Of a stretch of DNA of 64,000 bases, positions 43,198 through 53,145 are shown piece after piece (the stretch's first letter is position 1; each line of letters begins with the position of its first letter). Below the pieces are notes generated by a model. That model did no database searches, was not told where the DNA came from, and was given only the letters and a program-made list of their open reading frames with translations. Source of the stretch: Calditrichaceae bacterium (GTDB lineage: Bacteria > Calditrichota > Calditrichia > Calditrichales > JBFXGD01); contig JBFXLE010000003.1 in NCBI GenBank assembly GCA_050173015.1, forward strand, positions 128,001 through 192,000. Direction: 5' to 3'. A program made the position numbers and the translations under genes.

Positions 43198-44112
43198 CTA
43201 TTTTACCCTCACCAAATCACCGGTTTCGAAACCACCACCGCCTTTAACTATTGCTTTGGCTGCTTTTCCACCCGCCACATCACTCACAATTTGAATTTGT
43301 CCGATTTTTTGTTCTTCCGAGCCCAGGGACAGCCCTGTATCCGGATCAATCAGATCTTCACCGGGACGAAAAACCCAGAATACCATGCCACTCTTTACTC
43401 CACTCTGCGAGCCTGGTTTCATAAATACGGTTCCGTCGTCATTCGCCTTAATAATTTTTCCCTGCCATGGGATGGATTGCATACCCTTGGTAATTATCTC
43501 GACACATTCATTGACTGATTTTCTTGCGGCTTTTCCAAGAATTGTATTATCCCAGGTAGAAGAATTATGGAAATCAATACCTTCCACACTGACATTATCC
43601 AGACTGGTCGTCGATTCTTCACCAACCGCCTGTTTTGACGTGATTATCTCACCGGTTGTGGTGTTAACAAGCCTGATATCCACTACTGACCGGGCTGAAT
43701 TTTTTTCCACACCCAGGCGGAATCCGCTTAGCTTACTTAACCCGCCGCCAACCTTATTCTCTTTCGTTCCAAATTCACTCACGCTGCCGGTTATCATTAA
43801 TTCCACACCAAGAAGCTGACCGACTTTAGCAGCTGACTGCTCCGTAACCGCTCCGCTCATTCCAAGTCCCTGCTCCTTCAAAATCTCGTCCAGCTCCGCC
43901 CGTTCAATCACCATAAATTTATTGCTTTCGACAAGAGCAGTAACAAGCATATCCGACAATCCGCTGCCGATATCATGTCCATACCGCGCTTTGTCTTCAA
44001 AATTAAAAACAGCCACTCGTTTTTTTAATCCCGCAAGGTCCTGCGCATCCGCAAAGGACACAAGCGATATAAAAACAAATAAACCCACAAATACTTTTAA
44101 TGTGCCTCTCAT
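43198..44112 (-). CDS. CsgG/HfaB-like exported protein with FlgT-C-like beta domain
   Basis: Signal peptide ADA-QD; KKRVAVFNF, F.VIERAELDEILKEQ, GSVSEFG, VDIRLVNTTTGEI; C-terminal LIDPDTGLSLG...GDLV. Confidence 0.8.
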   Translation of the reverse strand: MRGTLKVFVGLFVFISLVSFADAQDLAGLKKRVAVFNFEDKARYGHDIGSGLSDMLVTALVESNKFMVIERAELDEILKEQGLGMSGAVTEQSAAKVGQLLGVELMITGSVSEFGTKENKVGGGLSKLSGFRLGVEKNSARSVVDIRLVNTTTGEIITSKQAVGEESTTSLDNVSVEGIDFHNSSTWDNTILGKAARKSVNECVEIITKGMQSIPWQGKIIKANDDGTVFMKPGSQSGVKSGMVFWVFRPGEDLIDPDTGLSLGSEEQKIGQIQIVSDVAGGKAAKAIVKGGGGFETGDLVRVK

Positions 44113-45335
44113 CTAAGACCTCCACTCTGATTAACCCCTCCATCACCGGTTAGAATTTTAGCGGTGACTTTGTTTTGTGTCACAGATATGATTTCAAGAT
44201 TAAGCCCCTCAATCGTCTTGTTCGATAATTCAGCGGCAACGGTCTCTGCTTTTTGAGTAATTTCAATATCAAATAATGCCGTTCCGGATTCAAAGCTTCT
44301 CTGATACACTTTTTTAAGTCCGCGAACATAATACGGGAGGCTGTTTTTTAAGGTATTCAACTGGCTGAAATTACTAATATTCAATATTTGTAACTGAATC
44401 TGTCTCGTTTCAAACTGATTTTTCTGAAATTTTTCGACAATTTTATTTTTTAATTCGACAGCTGCCTGTTTCGCGGCTTTTTCCAAAGCAAGCGTGCTAC
44501 CCGTTAAATCATCAATATGCGCGTTAACTCCACGGGCGCTGCTCGTTGCAATTACAACAGCGTCATCCGCCCTTACCGCGCGTAAGGTCAAATTAGCATT
44601 GCAGGATTTCATTCCCGACGACTGCATAACCGGGGGTTGTGTCACAGTAGTTCTGGCGGTTCCGATTATTAAAATTTCCGCGCCGCTTCGTTTGGCGATA
44701 TTGGCGGCGGCTTGAGAATCTCCGGTCATTGCCGCGCTTAATGCATCCTTTGCAACATTCGACTTTGCGGTAGCGGCATCTACAAATGGGAATCCATAGG
44801 ACATTAATTCATTCATCAAAGCCGTTTCGGTGGTGTTCAAATCCGTTGAGATCCATCCGCGATACTGGCCGATATTTTCTTCATCAACCACTACCATCAA
44901 TCGAGGCATTCCCTCACTTTTCAAAACCGTTAATATTCCCTGCAGGTCATTTTTTAGATTCCCGGCCTTAACCACAGCCCGCACCGTTACTTCGAGAGAA
45001 TTATCCGGTCGCTGATTGGTCCCTATCACATCATAGGTTTGCACATAACCGGTTGTCCGTGAGTAGATGTTATCTTCAAGTGTCATAAAGTTTTCTGTGA
45101 CCGTGTTCGCGTCAATAATCGTACCGACCACCTGTTCAACTGCTTTTCGTAGCGCGTCATTTACACCGTCTTCCTTTGCTTTAACCATATCACCGCTCAG
45201 AATTGCGCCGAATCCGGTCGCTACTACCGTTTTGGTTTCATCCGGCGATTGTCCGGCCGCGCTACCGGGATATTGCGATAAAGCCAGGCTTGTAATCGAA
45301 AACACCAAAAAAACAATCGTAAAAATTTTTTTCAT
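44109..45335 (-). CDS. Exported protein with FlgT N-terminal (LPP20-like) domain
   Basis: Start reassigned to ATG 45335 (signal peptide ending ALS-QY); ATG.G...AKED...DALRKAVEQVVG...GYV. Confidence 0.65.
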   Translation of the reverse strand: MKKIFTIVFLVFSITSLALSQYPGSAAGQSPDETKTVVATGFGAILSGDMVKAKEDGVNDALRKAVEQVVGTIIDANTVTENFMTLEDNIYSRTTGYVQTYDVIGTNQRPDNSLEVTVRAVVKAGNLKNDLQGILTVLKSEGMPRLMVVVDEENIGQYRGWISTDLNTTETALMNELMSYGFPFVDAATAKSNVAKDALSAAMTGDSQAAANIAKRSGAEILIIGTARTTVTQPPVMQSSGMKSCNANLTLRAVRADDAVVIATSSARGVNAHIDDLTGSTLALEKAAKQAAVELKNKIVEKFQKNQFETRQIQLQILNISNFSQLNTLKNSLPYYVRGLKKVYQRSFESGTALFDIEITQKAETVAAELSNKTIEGLNLEIISVTQNKVTAKILTGDGGVNQSGGLR

Positions 45336-45389
45336 ATCGCTAATCCATTTCAATTTATTTAAACGGGGAGGCAATTCCCTCCCCTGAAT

Positions 45390-46556
45390 TTAAAACTTGG
45401 ATTTCAAATTTCTTATGATGTTAAGCGACTCAGCACCTGATACGACCTGGAGGGGTTTAAAGGTACCATCTTCAAATCCCGGCATAATTCCCCGTGTTGA
45501 TACAACCATGACCGAGTTAAATACCGGGGATGTATTCAGAACATCCGCGAATGGGGACATTTCTCCGAAAAATTGTGTCTCCATTTTGGAATCATCCCAT
45601 GCTTTTACAAGAAAATGCTCTATCAATCTGGCAAATTCAGCACGATTTACTTTTTCATTAGGACGGAATGTTCCATCCGGGTATTTATCTATGATCCCCA
45701 ATTGAAGACTTTTATCTATAAATGATTTTGCCCAATAATCTTCCGCAACATCAGTCGCGGCCCATTCAGGGGCGCCTGGTGCTGCTTCGCGTTTACCCAT
45801 CATTGTCTGCCCGGGGGCCTGGAAACCGATTTTTTGCTGTGATGGTGATTTCCGGAAGATTTTTTCAACGGGTAATTCGGTTACAAACAGAATGGCCACA
45901 TCTGCGCGGGTAATTTCTTTTTGAGCCGCTATTTTTCTTAATTCCGGTGACTGCCCGGCGACCGCGGCCTGATATTCCGCCAATTCCTTAATTGCCTTGC
46001 TTGCCCGGGTATCCGTATTGTCTATTTCCAGGATTTTCTGGAATGAAGTTTGCGCTTCGATATATTTGCCCCATTGTTTATAGGCAACACCCATCCAGTA
46101 ATAAGCATCTTTTTTTACGCCCTTTTTGTCTTTGACGGATTTTGATCCGTTTACATCATCCACCGCGTCTTTTAACTCATCCACCGCGTCTTCGAATTTA
46201 TTCTGAGCAATGTAAAGACGCCCTTTTGCCACTTTTGCCGGTATCCAATCACCGTCCTTGCTCAGAGACTCCTTTATCAGAATCTCTGCGCCGGCGAGAT
46301 CACCCTTTTCCAATTTCACGATTCCAAGACCTTCATATGCCGGAGCGAAATTTGCTTTTAAGCCTTTAGCGAGATTAAACTCACGTTCCGCATTACTTAG
46401 GTCATTACTATTTAAAAATTTCACACCCTGATTATAATGATATTCGGGAGTATCCAGAATAGATTCCGCTTTTCTCTCCTTAGGAGCGGCACACCCCTGA
46501 AAAATAAAAACAGAAGCAACAATTAACACGAATATTTTTATCATAGCGTTTCGCAT
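45390..46556 (-). CDS. TPR-repeat lipoprotein with C-terminal SLH domains
   Basis: Lipobox FQGC; about four TPRs; SLH motifs ITRADVA, DV..DYWA...YPDGTFRPNEKVNRAEFA, FADV...GFEDGTFKP. Confidence 0.85.
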   Translation of the reverse strand: MRNAMIKIFVLIVASVFIFQGCAAPKERKAESILDTPEYHYNQGVKFLNSNDLSNAEREFNLAKGLKANFAPAYEGLGIVKLEKGDLAGAEILIKESLSKDGDWIPAKVAKGRLYIAQNKFEDAVDELKDAVDDVNGSKSVKDKKGVKKDAYYWMGVAYKQWGKYIEAQTSFQKILEIDNTDTRASKAIKELAEYQAAVAGQSPELRKIAAQKEITRADVAILFVTELPVEKIFRKSPSQQKIGFQAPGQTMMGKREAAPGAPEWAATDVAEDYWAKSFIDKSLQLGIIDKYPDGTFRPNEKVNRAEFARLIEHFLVKAWDDSKMETQFFGEMSPFADVLNTSPVFNSVMVVSTRGIMPGFEDGTFKPLQVVSGAESLNIIRNLKSKF

Positions 46557-46569
46557 GTTCTTTCTCCTG

Positions 46570-47406
46570 TTAATCTAAAATGATCATTACTTTGCACTGT
46601 TCCATAAAATTTAGATTTTTTGCTGCTGCCATTATATTTGCGGCGTCGCTATTGCTAATCACCACATCAGCCTTATTTGATCCTGATACTTTGAGGCCTT
46701 TAACAATCACAGGATTATTGGTAACTCTTTCATTGGTTTTCGCCCGATTCAGATCTTTATCATAACCTACAACACCAATCTGCACGGCATAATCACGGCT
46801 TACGTATCCGGTACCATAAACTTCATTACCGGTTTCATCCACGATTTTCGGCGCCATTGCCGGCCGGAGCCCTAAACCCCTGGCATCGATAATCAGCCCT
46901 GTATATACCGCGTTCTGATATGTCGGTTGAGGCTGAGCGGCATTGTACATCATGTTTGGATTCACACCGCCAATCTGCTGAGGCAACAGAGCGTCCAGTA
47001 ATATTCCGCTGATGGGGATTTCAACATCGACTTCCACACTTCCGTCGCTGAGATATCTCGTGTCAACTTTTCTAAAATTCTTGACTACGCCGCTGACTTT
47101 CGAAGTAATGACATCACTTTCAACCATAGCATTTCTTACGATTGTTTCTGATGTCAGATTCATACCTTTTACAGTTTCCAGCAATTGACGCAGCGCATCC
47201 ATTTCCCCGGCTCTAATTGCGCCAGCACGCTGGGCTGCCAAAGGAACATTGGGATTGGGAGCGCCAATACCGGTCGCGCGAATAACCTGATCCTGCCAAT
47301 TAACTGTACCGGCATTGGGAACCTGCTGATAGATCTGCGCATTCAACACCAAAAATGAGAATAAAACAGTTATCACGATTCCCAATAAATAATAAGACCT
47401 TCTCAT
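46570..47406 (-). CDS. LPP20-like exported protein
   Basis: ATG 47406 after GGAGG; signal peptide ending LNA-Q; VNW...ATGIG...A.RA...DALRQLLE; C-domain YTGLIIDARG. Confidence 0.65.
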   Translation of the reverse strand: MRRSYYLLGIVITVLFSFLVLNAQIYQQVPNAGTVNWQDQVIRATGIGAPNPNVPLAAQRAGAIRAGEMDALRQLLETVKGMNLTSETIVRNAMVESDVITSKVSGVVKNFRKVDTRYLSDGSVEVDVEIPISGILLDALLPQQIGGVNPNMMYNAAQPQPTYQNAVYTGLIIDARGLGLRPAMAPKIVDETGNEVYGTGYVSRDYAVQIGVVGYDKDLNRAKTNERVTNNPVIVKGLKVSGSNKADVVISNSDAANIMAAAKNLNFMEQCKVMIILD

Positions 47407-47625
47407 GAAATCCTCCATACATTAATTTATGTGCAAAATTAGAGACGGTTCAAATGAAGATGAGTTCAATTAAAAGAATTGGTGTGCTTGAGTCTGTGAT
47501 AAAAGTCACCAGGCACGCTGCTATTTGGCTCTTTTTCAGTTAAATTGTGTCTCATGAACCGGAACACTTTCTATATATGAAAAAGCCTATCTATCTGACT
47601 TTAGAACATTTATCACAATGGAAAG

Positions 47626-47697
<72 letters not shown>

Positions 47698-47709
47698 CAT
47701 AATTTATTA

Positions 47710-47738
47710 AATTTAGATGATCACCCAATTCATGTCAA
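47710..47738 (-). promoter_or_regulatory. Predicted promoter of tRNA-Gly
   Basis: TTGACA-N17-TAAATT, 12 nt upstream of the tRNA 5' end. Confidence 0.7.
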
Positions 47739-47768
47739 GTAATTAAAATGATTGATTTTAGGATGATC

Positions 47769-49010
47769 CTACAGATTCTGCATACAAACATGAGCAAAAA
47801 CCTTGGTATCATTAACAAGATTTTCGATGACACAATATTCATTAGGCTGATGCGCGAGATCATCTATTGTGGACCAAACCGCCACATTGAATCCGGCGCG
47901 TCTAAAAATAGCGGCAACCGTACCGCCGCCGATACCCATCGCTTTCGCGTCCGTATTGTAAACATCTTTAACCGCCTTTTTTAATGCCATTACCACCGGT
48001 GCGTCAACCGGCGTCGCGGGCGCGGCCTGTTCTTTTTGTTCAGTCGATATCTCAATCTTCACATTGAATTTCTTCTCAATGCCATCACAGATATCTTTAA
48101 CCCGGGCCAACACATCTTCAATTGAGTATTCCGGAATTATCCGGCAGTCAAGATAAAAAACATCATCACCGGGAATCGTATTGATGTTTGGCACATTTGA
48201 TTCCTTTTTTGTCGGCTCAAAGGTACTGATGGGCGGGTCAAATACCGGATCTGACGCGCCGAACAACTGATGCAGCTGATCAAGTTCCACAACAAGATTG
48301 GAAGCTGCCTTGAAGGCATTGATGCCCTTCTCAGGCATACTGGCATGCACCTGTCTGCCTCGTGTTTTAAATTTGATCCATAAAATTGATTTTTCTGCCA
48401 CTTCTATCATACTTGAATCGGACTCCCCGGCATCGGGTACGATAAAAATATCTTCTTTTTTAAACAGATCCGAATGATTTTCAATCATAAATTCAAGGCC
48501 GAACCGGCTTCCCGTCTCCTCGTCTGAGACTAATAAAATCGCAAGATTATTTTCAGGCTGGATGCCTTCATCTGTAAAGGCCTTTGCAGTCATAATCGCA
48601 CTAACGAGGCCCTGGTTATTGTCTTCAGTCCCGCGACCGTATATTTTCCCATTTTTGATCACCGCTTCAAAAGGATTCGTATCCCATTTGGATCGATCAC
48701 CTTCCGGCACCACATCCAAATGAGCCATAATCCAGACAGTTCGATTCCTGTTCTTTCCCGGTATCCTCGCGACCAGATTGGGGCGCAGTCCTCCCGGAAC
48801 AGAAGGATCCGGCGCCGGATATTCCTCGATCTCTTTAATTCCAATTGCCTTTAAATAATCTTTTATAAATTCCGCTTTTTCACTCTCTCCGCTTCCATCA
48901 TTTAAAGGTCCCAATGATTTAATCGGAATAATATTTTTCATCAATTCAATGGCTTCCGTCCCAAGGTCATCAATCTGGCGGTTAAGTTTTGCTAAATTCT
49001 CGTTTGACAT
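47769..49010 (-). CDS. M20-family metallohydrolase (ArgE/DapE-like)
   Basis: AHLDVVP, GRGTEDN, DEETGS, HAS.P, GGGT, AHQPNE. Confidence 0.9.
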   Translation of the reverse strand: MSNENLAKLNRQIDDLGTEAIELMKNIIPIKSLGPLNDGSGESEKAEFIKDYLKAIGIKEIEEYPAPDPSVPGGLRPNLVARIPGKNRNRTVWIMAHLDVVPEGDRSKWDTNPFEAVIKNGKIYGRGTEDNNQGLVSAIMTAKAFTDEGIQPENNLAILLVSDEETGSRFGLEFMIENHSDLFKKEDIFIVPDAGESDSSMIEVAEKSILWIKFKTRGRQVHASMPEKGINAFKAASNLVVELDQLHQLFGASDPVFDPPISTFEPTKKESNVPNINTIPGDDVFYLDCRIIPEYSIEDVLARVKDICDGIEKKFNVKIEISTEQKEQAAPATPVDAPVVMALKKAVKDVYNTDAKAMGIGGGTVAAIFRRAGFNVAVWSTIDDLAHQPNEYCVIENLVNDTKVFAHVCMQNL

Positions 49011-49099
49011 ATCTATTCCCTTCGCGATGGGGGAGTTAAACCCAATTTATTTTGTGTATGTTTTCTAATATAATCCCATGATCGATACAGAGCAATCAT

Positions 49100-50272
49100 T
49101 TATCCGTTTGTAATCTGGAATCCGGTCGCCTCCGGTATGATGATTTTTTGCAGTATTTGCGTAAAATATCGGTCAGTCATTCCCGCTATGAAATCCCGTA
49201 CCTTTAGTTCCGCTGATTGGTTATTAAGATATTTTTCAGATTTTGAATTTAGAAAGTGCTGAAAAATTTCGCTGTCGCGGTCTTTTTTATTCAGTGAATC
49301 CAGATAGTAGTTAAATAAAAATTCAAATCCGCGTTTGATGCGCTCATGATTCACTTTGAGTTTTGATTGTCTGTAGATATTCTCATAATTAAATTCCTTA
49401 AGCTTAAACAGAGCTGTTGAAATTTTAGGACTAAAGCTCACATATTTCTTTTCATAACTGGTAACCACCACATCGTTCACAAGAGTTTCAATAATCTGGC
49501 CGTTATAAGATCCTAAAACCGATCTCAGATCATCCGGAAGATCATCACGTTTTATTAAGCCTATACGGATGGCATCTTCGATGTCCTGACCAATATACGC
49601 GATCGTATCCGTCAGACGAACCACACATCCCTCAAGTGTTGCCGGCATCATATCCGTAATTTCGCCCTGTTCCATTTTGAGAATATATTCTGTTAAATCT
49701 TTTTCTGATTTTGACAGATTCGGTTCAAGCCCCTGGTTATGTACCTCACCATTGTGTGAAAGGATTCCGTCTCTGGCTTGAAAGGTTAAATTTAACCCTT
49801 GTCCCTTCTTCGCTATCCTATCTACAACTCTCAGACTTTGGATATTATGATGAAACTGACCAATTCCATGTTTTATACTGACCTTGCTAAGAAATTTTTC
49901 CCCGTCATGGCCGAAAGGAGGATGTCCCAAATCGTGCCCGAGTGCAATTGCGTCAATTAAATCTGTGTTTAATGAAAGGAACCGTCCAATCGTCTTGGAA
50001 ATCTGAGCGACGCTTAATGTATGTAAGCTTCGGCTAGTGAGTTGTTCATCAAGCATCGATGCAAAATATATAACCTGTGTTTTTCCCGTATAGCGGCGGA
50101 ATGCTCCGCTGTAAATAATCCGGTCTCTGTCCAACGCGTAAGGCGGGCGGGAATGAATATCCCTTTCAGGATGGTTCCGGATTGCCTGCGCGTTTTGCGT
50201 TGCATATCGTGAAAGTAAAGTCGATTCTTCCTGATCAATTTTTGATGCGATGTCCTGGAGTTTTATTGCCAT
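49100..50272 (-). CDS. HD-domain dNTP triphosphohydrolase (dGTPase-like)
   Basis: DRDRI..S.AFRR...KTQV, ALGHDLGHPPFGH.GE, D.IAY, DFIAGMTD. Confidence 0.9.
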   Translation of the reverse strand: MAIKLQDIASKIDQEESTLLSRYATQNAQAIRNHPERDIHSRPPYALDRDRIIYSGAFRRYTGKTQVIYFASMLDEQLTSRSLHTLSVAQISKTIGRFLSLNTDLIDAIALGHDLGHPPFGHDGEKFLSKVSIKHGIGQFHHNIQSLRVVDRIAKKGQGLNLTFQARDGILSHNGEVHNQGLEPNLSKSEKDLTEYILKMEQGEITDMMPATLEGCVVRLTDTIAYIGQDIEDAIRIGLIKRDDLPDDLRSVLGSYNGQIIETLVNDVVVTSYEKKYVSFSPKISTALFKLKEFNYENIYRQSKLKVNHERIKRGFEFLFNYYLDSLNKKDRDSEIFQHFLNSKSEKYLNNQSAELKVRDFIAGMTDRYFTQILQKIIIPEATGFQITNG

Positions 50273-50284
50273 GTTTTATCCAAC

Positions 50285-50731
50285 TTAGTCTAATGATCTT
50301 ATCTTTTTTGTAACTAAAGAAACCGGGCCAAAAGTTCTTTCATAGCGTTGGATAAATTCTTGAGGAATCTGTATGGGGGTCCCGGTTAAATCCGTCGCGA
50401 CCCATGACGCAATCGCGCTTGCTACCGGCGACTTAGATGAATCCTTAAAAATATTTTGTCTGAATGTAGCGGAACTTCTACCCCGACGTTCCCACTCCAC
50501 AGTGATCGTCAGATGATCACCCATTAACACCTGTTGTTTATATTCAATCTCGATTTTTATAATCGGCAGTAAAAATCCATCCGCTTTTAGTGAATCGAGT
50601 GTGTATCCCAATTCATTGAGCAGTTCAACCCGTCCATATTCAAGATAGTTCAAAAAAGTTGCGTTGTTCACATGCCCATACATATCGCATTCATAGCTCC
50701 GTACCTTTAGAGAAGTCTGAAAAACCGCCAT
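50285..50731 (-). CDS. Acyl-CoA thioesterase (4HBT/YbgC family)
   Basis: ECDMYGHVNNA.FL.Y.E.GR. Confidence 0.9.
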   Translation of the reverse strand: MAVFQTSLKVRSYECDMYGHVNNATFLNYLEYGRVELLNELGYTLDSLKADGFLLPIIKIEIEYKQQVLMGDHLTITVEWERRGRSSATFRQNIFKDSSKSPVASAIASWVATDLTGTPIQIPQEFIQRYERTFGPVSLVTKKIRSLD

Positions 50732-50802
50732 TGTAGCCTCATTTATAAATCATGTACTAAGATATAAGTTAACCATCAATCCGTCACAAAATCAACCCGC
50801 AT

Positions 50803-50835
50803 AAAAGAAAAAGCCGGAATCATTTGCGTTCCGGC
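50803..50835 (-). terminator. Probable terminator after glnA
   Basis: GCCGGAA/TTCCGGC stem with an A-rich tract on the distal side. Confidence 0.6.
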
Positions 50836-50848
50836 ATTTTCATTTGAA

Positions 50849-52171
50849 TTAATAATATGATAAATAGCGGTCAACTTCCCATTGATGAACCTGTGTGATG
50901 TATTCCTGCCACTCTGCCCTTTTTGCCGCTATAAAATGATTAAATACATGTTCTCCAAGCGCTTCTTTTATGAGCGTGTCTTTTTCCATTAATTCCACTG
51001 CTTCAAAAAGATTCGCTGGTAATTCCTTTATCTGTAACCGCTGTTTTTCACGACTGCTCATCGTAAAGATATTTTTATTCACGGGGTCTTTGGCCTTAAT
51101 ATTATTCTTAATCCCGTCGAGTCCGGATTTTAACATCACGGCAAGGGCAAGATAGGGATTACATGCAGGATCCGGCATACGCAATTCAATTCTTGTACTC
51201 TTGCCTCTTTTTGCGGGAACACGAACCAGAGGGCTGCGGTTTTTTTCTGACCAGGCTACATTCACAGGAGCTTCATAACCGGGTACCAACCGCTTGTAGG
51301 AATTGACGGTAGGGTTTGTGATGGCGGAAAAATTGCGCGCGTGTTTCAATATTCCTCCTATGTACTGCATCGCGATCTGGCTTAACTGATATTTTTCATT
51401 TGGATCATAAAACAGGTTCGTATCACCTTTAAATAAAGACTGATGAACATGCATTCCCGACCCGTTGATCCCAAAAACAGGTTTGGGCATAAAAGTGGCA
51501 TGTAAACCATGAGCAAACGCAACACGGCGTACCACCCACCTGAAGGTTGAGATGTTATCCGCTGTTTTTAAAGCTTCCTCATATTTGAAGTCAATTTCAT
51601 GCTGTCCATGAGCGACCTCATGGTGGGCAGCTTCTATCTCAAATCCCAACTTAATCAGAATATTTATCATATCCCGTCTGGCATCTTCACCGAGATCAAT
51701 AGGGGCAAGATCAAAATATCCTGCAGAATCGTGAGTAATTGTACTTGCGATACCGTTGGTATTTTTCTGAAACAAGAAAAATTCCGGTTCCGGACCGGCC
51801 ACCATGGTAAAACCCATCTGTTCGGCTTCTGCGATAACGCGTTTTAAAATATATCTTGGGTCACCGGCAAACGGCTCATGATCTGTTGAATAAATATCAC
51901 AAATCATGCGCGCTACCTTGCCTTTTCCGTTATCCCAGGGAAGGATGACAAATGTGTCAAAATCCGGTTTTAAAAGCTGATCTGACTCCTCGATCCTGGC
52001 AAATCCCTCAATGGATGAACCATCAAACATAATCTCACCATCAAGCGCTTTTTCAAACTGACTTCGTGGCAGCTCAACATTTTTATTAGCGCCCATAATA
52101 TCTGTAAACTGTAACCGGAGAAACGCAACATCGTTTTCCTTCACTAATTTAAGAATTTCTTGCCTGGTCAT
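50849..52171 (-). CDS. glnA: Glutamine synthetase type I
   Basis: FDGSSI.G, GPEPEFF, HHEVA.GQHE, FMPKP, NGSGMH.H, NSYKRLVPGYEAP, RIELR. Confidence 0.97.
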   Translation of the reverse strand: MTRQEILKLVKENDVAFLRLQFTDIMGANKNVELPRSQFEKALDGEIMFDGSSIEGFARIEESDQLLKPDFDTFVILPWDNGKGKVARMICDIYSTDHEPFAGDPRYILKRVIAEAEQMGFTMVAGPEPEFFLFQKNTNGIASTITHDSAGYFDLAPIDLGEDARRDMINILIKLGFEIEAAHHEVAHGQHEIDFKYEEALKTADNISTFRWVVRRVAFAHGLHATFMPKPVFGINGSGMHVHQSLFKGDTNLFYDPNEKYQLSQIAMQYIGGILKHARNFSAITNPTVNSYKRLVPGYEAPVNVAWSEKNRSPLVRVPAKRGKSTRIELRMPDPACNPYLALAVMLKSGLDGIKNNIKAKDPVNKNIFTMSSREKQRLQIKELPANLFEAVELMEKDTLIKEALGEHVFNHFIAAKRAEWQEYITQVHQWEVDRYLSYY

Positions 52172-52186
52172 TCTACCCCTCCTTGT

Positions 52187-53077
52187 TTATTGCTTTTTTG
52201 AACATACGTTTAACGCTTTTGGTAAAATCTTTATCTTCAATTCTGATAGACTCTTTTTAGGTTCTCCATCCACGTGGTACAAACCGCTTTTTCCGGAACG
52301 TATTATTTTTAGTTCAGTTGTCTGAAATCTGCTGTATGTGGAAAGTGTATCTATTTTATTGTTGAATAAAGTTCCGATTTTTAGCAATCCCTCAATAAAA
52401 GGAATTTTTTCGATAATACACACGTCTAGTAACCCGTCCTCAAGATCCGCTCCGGGCGCGATGACCGCGCCATTGCCATATTGTGGAGAATTTGCGATTG
52501 TAATCAATAGCGGTCGTACAATACTTGTTTGTTCATTACTGATGATCCTAAATTCTTCAAACTGATATTTAAAATATTCTTTCACACCGATATAGAAATA
52601 TGGAAGAGGACCTCGAAGACCAAATTCCTGAAACCGGGCGCCGATCTGCGCGTCAAATCCGACACCGGCCACGCCAAAAAAATAATCGTCCGCAATGCGC
52701 CCGACATCAATACTCCTGGGGTGGGAGTTCATTATAAAGGAAATCGCCTTTCCGGTATCAAGAGGAATTCCCAGAGATCTGGCGAATCCATTTCCCGATC
52801 CCGTGGGTATAACCCCGAATATTGTCTCACTGTTTACAAGACCTCCCGCAACTTCATTCATTGTCCCGTCGCCACCGACCGAAACCACATAGTCAATACC
52901 CTCGCTCACAGCCTCCCTGGCGATGACTCTTCCATGCCCGGGACCTTCAGTAAAAATCATTCGGTACCGATGTGAGGTTTGATGCTGAAAATGCTGTTTA
53001 ATAAGATTTTTAATCTCATCGGATTTATTTTTTTTGCCTGAACGGGGATTAACTATAAACCAGTACTCCATAAGCAT
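52187..53077 (-). CDS. Diacylglycerol/lipid kinase (YegS family)
   Basis: NPRSG, GGDGT..EV, PTGSGN, DGE. Confidence 0.92.
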   Translation of the reverse strand: MLMEYWFIVNPRSGKKNKSDEIKNLIKQHFQHQTSHRYRMIFTEGPGHGRVIAREAVSEGIDYVVSVGGDGTMNEVAGGLVNSETIFGVIPTGSGNGFARSLGIPLDTGKAISFIMNSHPRSIDVGRIADDYFFGVAGVGFDAQIGARFQEFGLRGPLPYFYIGVKEYFKYQFEEFRIISNEQTSIVRPLLITIANSPQYGNGAVIAPGADLEDGLLDVCIIEKIPFIEGLLKIGTLFNNKIDTLSTYSRFQTTELKIIRSGKSGLYHVDGEPKKSLSELKIKILPKALNVCSKKQ

Positions 53078-53116
53078 CCTTTCCCGATCACCATGATTTA
53101 ATTTCTTAAAGGGTGC

Positions 53117-53145
53117 AATATACGAGTACCATTTAATCTCCGCAA
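53117..53145 (-). promoter_or_regulatory. Predicted promoter of the lipid kinase-glnA unit
   Basis: TTGCGG-N17-TATATT. Confidence 0.5.

Noticed and set aside
47466-47555. 29-aa leader ORF (MRHNLTEKEP...) upstream of the envelope operon
   Set aside because: No SD and no telling composition; expected by chance at this length
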